This document shows positions 1-6,002 of a DNA stretch of 14,044 bases, one piece after another. The position numbers and the translations under genes were made by a program. The number at the start of each line of letters is the position of its first letter. Within the stretch, counting starts at the first letter, position 1. The notes under the pieces were generated by a model. It saw only the letters and a list, made by a program, of their open reading frames with translations. It had not been told where the DNA came from and did no database searches. The DNA is from Chloroflexota bacterium (GTDB lineage: Bacteria > Chloroflexota > Dehalococcoidia > UBA2979): positions 1-14,044 of the forward strand of contig JAQCIU010000058.1 in the NCBI GenBank assembly GCA_027593235.1. The letters are read 5' to 3'.

Positions 1-81
1 AACTGCTTCCCCATCGACGCCCTCCTTGACGAGCTCCCCAAGAACCTTGGTGCTCACCAACTCGTTGCGTCGATCCCTTGA
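1..81 (+). CDS. 3' end of an upstream gene (partial; ...NCFPIDALLDELPKNLGAHQLVASIP*)
   Basis: Frame 1 is open from base 1 to TGA at 79-81. The stop overlaps the TTG start (78-80) of the next ORF (TTGA overlap), matching the coupling pattern of the rest of the operon. Confidence 0.6.
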   Translation, partial: NCFPIDALLDELPKNLGAHQLVASIP

Positions 82-383
82 ACCCGCCCTCTTTGATGGC
101 CGTCGCCGCGCTCTCGATGGCCACGTTCGCGCTGACGTTCCGGATGCGGGGCGTCCCGCTCCCGATCCCGCGGTGGTGGCGGCGCGTCCCGTCGTTTCAG
201 CGTCGTCTCGCCTACCTCGCGATCGCCGGCGAGCTCGTCGCCGCCTCGGTATTGCTCTGGTCGATCGAACCGGGGCACGAACTCCCGGAGTCAATCCGTC
301 TGTTCCGCGGCCTCGGCAGCCTCGTCGCGGTGACGATCCTTGTCTGGACCGGGGTCGCCGCCGCCCGGAGCCACGATGCGTGA
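78..383 (+). CDS. Small hypothetical membrane protein (about 3 TM segments)
   Basis: 101-aa ORF with three hydrophobic stretches separated by an Arg-rich loop. It overlaps the upstream stop and the downstream start. Alternative start ATG at 96. Confidence 0.7.
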   Translation: MNPPSLMAVAALSMATFALTFRMRGVPLPIPRWWRRVPSFQRRLAYLAIAGELVAASVLLWSIEPGHELPESIRLFRGLGSLVAVTILVWTGVAAARSHDA

Positions 384-873
384 CAGAGTGAGCGAGTCAG
401 TCACCTACGTTGACCGTCCCAGACCGCGGCTCCCGCTGCTGGTGTGGTTGTTCGCCATCGTCTTCATGGCGTTCTTCGTCGCCGTGCCGATGACCTCGCT
501 GGCTCGCTCCGGGATGACGCTGGCCGCGATCGGCTGGCTGGTGCTCTCGTTGGTCGGCGGAGCGCTGATCGGCTCCTCCTATTTCGCCGTCCGTTACGAG
601 ATCGCGGACGGTGAGCTGAGGGCACGGGCCGGGCTGTCGCGGGCTCACTTCCAGCTTGCCGACGTCACCACTGTCGAGATCGCGCCCTGGTACACCTTCG
701 TTCGTCGTCGGAACCTCGGGCGCCACTACCTGCTGATCAACTCCTGGGCACCAATGCTCCGCATCGTCGACACCGGCAGTCGGACGCTCGTCATCACGCC
801 CACCAACCCCGAGGAGATGCGCGACGAGATCCTTCGCCGCCGTGACGCCCTCCGAGGTGGTAGCGATGCCTGA
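376..873 (+). CDS. Membrane protein with 2 N-terminal TM helices and a bacterial PH-like domain
   Basis: ATG at 376 is preceded by GGAG (367-370) and overlaps the upstream TGA. Two TM helices are followed by 'RYEIADGELRARAG...FQLADVTTVE...LRIVD...LVITPTNPEEMRDEI', the pattern typical of bacterial PH (bPH) domains. Confidence 0.8.
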   Translation: MRDRVSESVTYVDRPRPRLPLLVWLFAIVFMAFFVAVPMTSLARSGMTLAAIGWLVLSLVGGALIGSSYFAVRYEIADGELRARAGLSRAHFQLADVTTVEIAPWYTFVRRRNLGRHYLLINSWAPMLRIVDTGSRTLVITPTNPEEMRDEILRRRDALRGGSDA

Positions 874-1207
874 TGGCGAGGTGTCGATACACGCGGTCGG
901 CGTGAATGGCGCGGCAGTTGTCTCCGAACTGACCTTCCTTGTGACCTTCATCGCTTTCAACGCGATATTGGCCGCCCGTTCGAAGCAGCCGTTTCTGGGC
1001 GCACATCTGCGAACGTTCGCTCGGGTACTGGCGGTCGCCTTCGTCGCGTCGCTCGTCGGGGCCGCCGCAAATCTAGTCGCGGGTGGTAGAGATCTTGGCG
1101 CGGTGGTTGTCTTTGTGGTCTTGCGAACAGTGACACTTGCGATCATCCTCGGCTTCGGGCTGTCTTGGGTACCGATCTACGCGCGGCTTCGAGGTAGGCA
1201 GGCGTGA
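866..1207 (+). CDS. Small hypothetical membrane protein (about 3 TM segments)
   Basis: ATG at 866 with GAGGTGG RBS (854-860), overlapping the upstream TGA at 871-873. Three hydrophobic segments. The stop overlaps the next GTG (GTGA). Confidence 0.7.
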   Translation: MPDGEVSIHAVGVNGAAVVSELTFLVTFIAFNAILAARSKQPFLGAHLRTFARVLAVAFVASLVGAAANLVAGGRDLGAVVVFVVLRTVTLAIILGFGLSWVPIYARLRGRQA

Positions 1208-1866
1208 GCCAGATGCCAATCCGCCTTGAGGTCGATCCACGACCGCCGTACAACCGCCGAACCGTGTTGTTCCGGCTACCGCTGCTGATCCCCGCGTGGT
1301 GGCTGTTCAACGGCTTTGTCGGGCCGCTCTTCTACAAACCAGAATCGCCGTTGGACCGGTTCTGGGTTGTCGTGACCGGTTTTGCGCCGGGACTCCTGTC
1401 GGCGCTCGCACTTGGCACCGGCGCGATGATTGCGTTCCGCGGGCGCTATCCCCGCTGGTGGTTTGACGCGCATGCCGAGATCGTGCGATTCGGCGTTCGC
1501 TTCCTGGCCTACGCGTTCCTCATCACCGACGCCTACCCGTCAACCGATCGTGAAACGGACGTACGGGTGCTCATCGAGATCCCGCCGACCGAGTCGGTTC
1601 GGAACCGCTGGCTCGCGCTGTTCAAGCCCCTGCTGGTCGTCCCGCATGTGTGGCTACTCGTCGTTGCGACGGGCTTTGCGTGCTGGGCAACGATCTTCGC
1701 CTGGTTCGCAGCGGTACTTGGCAGGCGGCCGTCTGATCTTCACTACGACTTCGTGGTCGGCGTGCTTCGCTATGGTCTCGTGATCTACGCCTACGCCTTC
1801 CTGCATCTCACGGATCGCTATCCGCGGATCGGCGACGGTCCGCAGGCATACGAACGAGGCCTCTGA
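1204..1866 (+). CDS. DUF4389 domain-containing membrane protein (two internal repeats)
   Basis: Two homologous halves: 'NRRTVLFRLPLLIP...GRYPRWWFD....RF..R..AYAFLITDAYP' and 'NRWLALFKPLLVVPH...GRRPSDLHYDF...LRY....AYAFLHLTDRYP', characteristic of DUF4389. Confidence 0.88.
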   Translation: MSQMPIRLEVDPRPPYNRRTVLFRLPLLIPAWWLFNGFVGPLFYKPESPLDRFWVVVTGFAPGLLSALALGTGAMIAFRGRYPRWWFDAHAEIVRFGVRFLAYAFLITDAYPSTDRETDVRVLIEIPPTESVRNRWLALFKPLLVVPHVWLLVVATGFACWATIFAWFAAVLGRRPSDLHYDFVVGVLRYGLVIYAYAFLHLTDRYPRIGDGPQAYERGL

Positions 1867-1867
1867 C

Positions 1868-2854
1868 CTACAACCTCGGCGCCAGCCCCGCACTATCGAG
1901 GTCGTCCCACAGCGCGTCCGGGATCGGCGCGTCGACGAATCCGAGGTTGCCCGTCACCTCGGCGACGGAGCGGGCGCCGGGGATCACCGTGGCGACCGCC
2001 GGGTGCCGCAGTGGGTACTGCAGCGCCGCCGCGCGGATATCGACGCCGTGGGCGTCGCAGATCGCGCGGATGCGCTGCGCGCGTTCCCAGCGCTCGTCGT
2101 TGACCGGCTGGTAGTCGTAAGTCGCCTGCCCGCGCTCGGCGTTCGCGAGCAGCCCCGAGTTGTACGGCCCGCCGATGATGATCGAAACGTTCCGCTCCAC
2201 GCAGCGCGGGAGGAACGTGGCCAGCGGCTCCTGTTCCAGCAGCGTGAAGCGGCCGGCCAGCAGGAAGCAGTCCGGCTCGAACTCGTCGAGCATACGGTCG
2301 CAGACCTGCCACTCGTTCACCCCCAGGCCCCACGCGCGGATCACGCCCTCCGCGCGTAGCTCCGTCAGCGTGCGTAGCGCACCGTTGCGCGCCGCCTCGT
2401 AGATCGCCGGCTGGCCCTCGTGGTGCGTCCACGTATCGATGTCGTGGCAGAGCAGGATGTCGATCCGGCCGAGGCCCAGCCGCTCGAGGCTCGCCTCCAC
2501 CGAGGCGCGCACGCCCTCGGCGCTGTAGTCGTACCGCACCTCGAGCTGCGCCGGTTCCTCTGGTCCGCCTACGGCGGAGGCTGTGCCGGGTACGAGCAGC
2601 CGCCCGACTTTCGAGGACAGCACGAACTCATCGCGCGGCCGCTGCGACAGCGCCGCCCCCACACGCGCCTCGCTACGCCCGGTGCCGTACAGCGGCGCCG
2701 TGTCGAAGTAGCGCACGCCGCCCGCCCACGCCGCGTCGACGATGCCCGGCGCATCGCCGTCGCTCACACCCCCGAGGCCGAGCGACCCGCCACCGAGGCC
2801 CAGCTTCGTCACCTCGATCTCGGTCGTGCCAATCCGCCGCGTCTCGATCTCCAT
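1868..2854 (-). CDS. Aldo/keto reductase (D-threo-aldose 1-dehydrogenase / L-fucose dehydrogenase-like subfamily)
   Basis: Motifs YFDTAPLYG, LSSKVGR and LLCHD supply the D-Y-K-H catalytic tetrad; also 'YDYSAEGVRASVEASLERLG', 'LLAGRFTLLEQ', 'GGPYNSGLLA', 'AAALQYPLRHPAV...IPGARS'. Start placed at ATG 2854 (MEIETRRIG) with a GAGAGG RBS. The longer ORF extension to 3040 is low-complexity. Confidence 0.93.
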   Translation of the reverse strand: MEIETRRIGTTEIEVTKLGLGGGSLGLGGVSDGDAPGIVDAAWAGGVRYFDTAPLYGTGRSEARVGAALSQRPRDEFVLSSKVGRLLVPGTASAVGGPEEPAQLEVRYDYSAEGVRASVEASLERLGLGRIDILLCHDIDTWTHHEGQPAIYEAARNGALRTLTELRAEGVIRAWGLGVNEWQVCDRMLDEFEPDCFLLAGRFTLLEQEPLATFLPRCVERNVSIIIGGPYNSGLLANAERGQATYDYQPVNDERWERAQRIRAICDAHGVDIRAAALQYPLRHPAVATVIPGARSVAEVTGNLGFVDAPIPDALWDDLDSAGLAPRL

Positions 2855-2905
2855 CGCTCGCCTCTCGGATGCCGCTCCGCGGCGGGCGCTCCCCGCCGCG
2901 ACGCC

Positions 2906-2911
2906 ACGGTA
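2906..2911 (-). promoter_or_regulatory. Candidate -10 element (TACCGT) for the aldo/keto reductase
   Basis: TANNNT hexamer about 50 nt upstream of the ATG, matching the pattern seen upstream of other genes in this window. Confidence 0.35.
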
Positions 2912-3048
2912 TCCGCTCCACGGCTCGGCGTCCGCGCGGCACCGACGCTCGGGCGCAACGGAGCGCAGCGGACGGCGACGCTCCGGCAGCGGCGCCCGGA
3001 TCGTCCCGGCGCGAGGCCGACCGGAGGCCTCGCGCGGCAAGTGATTCG

Positions 3049-3074
3049 GGAACTATTCCACCCCGCCCGGCGTT
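3049..3074 (+). promoter_or_regulatory. Candidate ECF sigma-factor promoter (GGAAC-N17-CGTT)
   Basis: GGAAC at 3049-3053, a 17-nt spacer, then CGTT at 3071-3074. This matches the SigH/SigR/SigE-type ECF consensus and points toward the IPT/TIG gene. Confidence 0.55.
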
Positions 3075-3357
3075 TCATTGAGGACATGGGATGTCCGCAG
3101 GGCGGACCGGCCTGTGGCGAGACGTGGGTTGGATGCCCTGGCATGAGCCGTGGATCCGTCCCCCAGAGTCATCGCCAGCCCCGGGCCTCCCTGAAACGCG
3201 CCGAATCTGGGGCTGACGACCGAGACACCGCGCCGTCAACTCTCAGTGTTCGACCCCCGGGCACACATGGGCCTGCATCAACGGTTGGGTGTCGCGGCTG
3301 GTCAGTGGCGTGTCGCGCCTGCTGCCGCCAGGCGCGCAGGAAAGACAGGCTGGGACG

Positions 3358-5517
3358 ATGCTCCGAACCACGTGGCGACGAGGCGGCACCACCGCGACTA
3401 TCGCGGCGCTCGCCGTCGCACTCATGCTGCTTGCGCTCACTCCCGTCCGAACCGCCCTCGCGGCGGACGCCCCGACCGTTACCTCGGTCACCCCGGCGAC
3501 GGGGCTGGCGGCGGGCGGATCCACGATCGCGATCACCGGAACCGGCTTCTCCGCCGGTGCTGTCGTCACCATCGGTGGAACCGCCGCCACGGGGGTGGTC
3601 TTCAATAGCGCCACCAGCCTGTCCGCCGTGACGCCTGTTGGCGTACCGGGACCAACCACCATCACGGTCACCAACCTGGACGGCCAGAGCGGAACGCTCA
3701 GCAACGGGTTCAACTACCTCGATCTCGCGCCGGTCGTGACCTCCGTCAGTCCGCCCAGCGGCCCGACCACCGGCGGCACCACGATCACCATCGTTGGCAC
3801 CTCCTTCCGGAGCGGCGCCACGGTCTCGGTCGGCAACACCGCCGCCACCGCGGTCGTCGTCGTCAACGCCACCACCATCACCGCGGTTACGCCGGCCCGC
3901 GCCGTCGGACTGGTCGGTGTTCGAGTGACGAACTCGGACACCCAGAGCGGCCTGCTCGCCGACAGCTTCACTTACATCGCCGCGCCCGCCCCGCTCGTCA
4001 CGACGGTGGTCCCTGCGACCGGGCCGACCGTCGGCGGTACCGCTGTCACGATTAGCGGCACCGGCTTCGTCGCCGGCGCGACGGTCACCTTCGACGGGGT
4101 CGCCGCGACCGCCGTCAACGTGACGAACTCGACGACGATCACCGCGACCACCCCGGCACATGCCACGGGTGCGGTTGCCGTCGCCGTGCGGAACCCGGAC
4201 AGTCAGAGCGGAACCCTCGCGTCCGGGTTCGTCTACTCGGCGGCCCCGACCGTCACCTCGGTCAATCCCGCGAACGGCCCGACCGTGGGCGGCACTGACG
4301 TCACCATCAACGGCACCGGCTTCGTCACCGGCGCCACCGTTGCGTTTGGCGGCGTGGCCGCCACCAACGTCAACGTCGTGTCATCGACGAAGATCACGCT
4401 CAAGACGCCGCCGCGAACCAACCCGGACGTCGTCCAGGTAGTGGTCACCAACCCCGGCGGGCTCGCCGGGAACCTGGGGAATGCGTTCACCTACACGGCC
4501 GTCGTCTCAATCAGCTCCGTCGCGCCCGCGAAGGGGCCGACCGGGGGCGGGACCGCCGTCATCATCGCCGGCACCGGCTTCGTCAACGGCACCTCCGTCA
4601 CCTTCGGTGGCATCGTCTCCCCGACCATCGTCGTCATCTCGCCCGCGCAGCTCATCGCCACCACCCCGGCGCGCTCCGGCGGCACCGTCGATGTCGTTGT
4701 CACCCTGCCCGGTGGCGCGAAGGCCACCCGCACCAACGCCTTCACGTTCGAGGGCCTCTCGATCAGCTCGGTGACGCCGGCGACCGGAACGACCGCTGGT
4801 GGGACCACGGTCAAGCTCCTCGGCTCAGGTTTCGCCAAGGGCGCACTCGTGTTCTTCGACAACGCTCTCGCGACCGACTTCCAGTTCATCAGTCAGGGCG
4901 AAGTCCAGGTCAAGACGCCCGCGCACGCCGCGGGTCGGGTCACCGTCCTGGTGATCAACCCGGGCGGCGGCACCGCCCTCCTCACCGAGGGCTATCGGTA
5001 CATCCTCAGCGCGCCCACGATCCAGCGCATCGCGCCCAGTACCGGCCCGACCACCGGCGGCGTCTCCGTATCCATCGAGGGCTCGGGCTTCGACAGCGGC
5101 GCCACCGTCGATTTCGGCGGCGCGGCGAGCGCGAACGTCAACATTGTCAGCTCGACGCTGATCGTCGCCGTCACCCCGTTGCACGTCCCCGGCGTCGTTG
5201 TCGTGACCGTCCGTAACCGCGACGGTAGTGAGGTCAAGCTTGCCGGTGGCTACATCTACGAAGGCGCCGCCGGCGTGCTCGCCGGCCCACTTGCGAGGAA
5301 CGGCCTCTCGCTCGTCGTCTTCAGCGGCGGCACCACCGACCAGCTGATCGCCGCAGCCAGCCTGAGCTGCACGCCGAGCCGCCTCGGCATCTTCACCACC
5401 GTGGGCGGGCGCTGGGTCATCCTGCTCCCCGGCGCGCCGCCGAACGTCAACGCGGAGTGGAACTCCAACTTCCCGGCGGGCCTGCCGAAGATCCCGCTGC
5501 TCTTCCGCTGCGCCTAG
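3358..5517 (+). CDS. Secreted/cell-surface protein with 7 IPT/TIG repeats and a C-terminal two-Cys domain
   Basis: Signal peptide (MLRTTWRR, hydrophobic core, ALA|ADA), then seven ~85-aa repeats 'P.v.sv.P..Gp..GGt.v.i.GtgF..Ga.V.fg...a..v.v...t.i.a.TP....g.v.V.V.Np.g.....fTY', then a non-repeat tail of about 83 aa. ATG 3358 is preferred over GTG 3289. Confidence 0.93.
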   Translation: MLRTTWRRGGTTATIAALAVALMLLALTPVRTALAADAPTVTSVTPATGLAAGGSTIAITGTGFSAGAVVTIGGTAATGVVFNSATSLSAVTPVGVPGPTTITVTNLDGQSGTLSNGFNYLDLAPVVTSVSPPSGPTTGGTTITIVGTSFRSGATVSVGNTAATAVVVVNATTITAVTPARAVGLVGVRVTNSDTQSGLLADSFTYIAAPAPLVTTVVPATGPTVGGTAVTISGTGFVAGATVTFDGVAATAVNVTNSTTITATTPAHATGAVAVAVRNPDSQSGTLASGFVYSAAPTVTSVNPANGPTVGGTDVTINGTGFVTGATVAFGGVAATNVNVVSSTKITLKTPPRTNPDVVQVVVTNPGGLAGNLGNAFTYTAVVSISSVAPAKGPTGGGTAVIIAGTGFVNGTSVTFGGIVSPTIVVISPAQLIATTPARSGGTVDVVVTLPGGAKATRTNAFTFEGLSISSVTPATGTTAGGTTVKLLGSGFAKGALVFFDNALATDFQFISQGEVQVKTPAHAAGRVTVLVINPGGGTALLTEGYRYILSAPTIQRIAPSTGPTTGGVSVSIEGSGFDSGATVDFGGAASANVNIVSSTLIVAVTPLHVPGVVVVTVRNRDGSEVKLAGGYIYEGAAGVLAGPLARNGLSLVVFSGGTTDQLIAAASLSCTPSRLGIFTTVGGRWVILLPGAPPNVNAEWNSNFPAGLPKIPLLFRCA
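3469..5265 (+). repeat. Seven tandem IPT/TIG (Ig-like) domain repeats within the surface protein
   Basis: Repeat units begin APTVTSVTP, APVVTSVSP, APLVTTVVP, APTVTSVNP, VSISSVAP, LSISSVTP and APTIQRIAP. They are diverged at the DNA level. Confidence 0.9.
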
Positions 5518-5544
5518 CGCCAGCGAAGCCACTCGCCGCAGCCA

Positions 5545-5582
5545 CCCGTCGCCGGGCGCCCCAGAGGCGTCCCGGCGACGGG
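5545..5582. terminator. Strong GC hairpin between convergent genes (probable bidirectional terminator)
   Basis: Perfect 12-bp inverted repeat CCCGTCGCCGGG (5545-5556) / CCCGGCGACGGG (5571-5582) with an inner CGCC/GGCG pair, located between the IPT and DUF1330 stop codons. No U-tract. Confidence 0.6.
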
Positions 5583-5605
5583 GCTTCCGAGGTCTGGCGG
5601 TCGCG

Positions 5606-5902
5606 CTACTTCCGAGGTGGCAAGCCCTGCACGAGCACCCCTCGGGAGTCGGTCGCCGCCAGCCGCAGCGGCAGCGCCGCCTGGTACTCGGGCGAGTCGT
5701 ACCACGCGCGGAACGCCGCCTCGTCCTCGAACTCCAGGATCACCACGCGCGCCCCGTGCCATTCGCCCTCGATGGGCGTCACGTTGTTGTCGACCGCCAG
5801 CGGCTTGCCTTTGCCGGCAAGCGTCGACCCCGACGCCTTCCCGTACGCCTTCATCCCCTCTTCGTCGGTCACCTTCTCCTGCACTACGAAGTACACGGAC
5901 AT
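5606..5902 (-). CDS. DUF1330 domain-containing protein
   Basis: 98 aa 'MSVYFVVQEKVTDEEGMKAY...IEGEWHGARVVILEFEDEAAFRAWYDSPEYQAALPLR' is the typical DUF1330 signature. GGAGGAG RBS upstream of ATG 5902. Confidence 0.93.
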   Translation of the reverse strand: MSVYFVVQEKVTDEEGMKAYGKASGSTLAGKGKPLAVDNNVTPIEGEWHGARVVILEFEDEAAFRAWYDSPEYQAALPLRLAATDSRGVLVQGLPPRK

Positions 5903-5948
5903 GCTGTCTCCTCCCGCCGCGCCTCTCCCGCGCTCGCGCGGGTTCTCG

Positions 5949-5954
5949 ATGATA
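5949..5954 (-). promoter_or_regulatory. Candidate -10 element (TATCAT) for the DUF1330 gene
   Basis: TANNNT hexamer in an otherwise very GC-rich intergenic region, about 47 nt upstream of the ATG. Confidence 0.5.
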
Positions 5955-6002
5955 CGACGCCGCGGCCGAAGCCTAGGCGACCGCCGCTGCCCCGCGCCGC
6001 CG

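Noticed and set aside
3170-3357. Possible c-di-AMP (GCCGAATC...GGGG) or c-di-GMP (GAAA...GGGACG) riboswitch
   Set aside because: Only short fragments resemble the consensus; the required conserved elements and spacing are absent by eye. A covariance-model search is needed.
3358-3465. Twin-arginine (Tat) signal in the IPT protein
   Set aside because: RR is followed by GGT rather than the x-F-L-K-like consensus, so a Sec signal peptide is more likely.
2420-3631. Long alternative ORFs (e.g. 2420-3631 +, 3169-4161 -, 5457-6794 +, 9684-11060 +)
   Set aside because: They are antisense or out-of-frame shadows of well-supported genes, with the Arg/Pro/Ala-rich composition expected from stop-codon scarcity in high-GC DNA.
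3243-5468. Repetitive minus-strand ORFs over the IPT gene (e.g. 'KPVPVIAIVDPPAASPVAGVTEVTVGA')
   Set aside because: They are the antisense mirror of the IPT repeats, interrupted by stops, and not independent genes.
5584-5618. 10-bp direct repeat CTTCCGAGGT (5584-5593 and 5609-5618)
   Set aside because: Short, one copy lies inside the DUF1330 coding end, and no element sits between them; probably chance or a micro-duplication.
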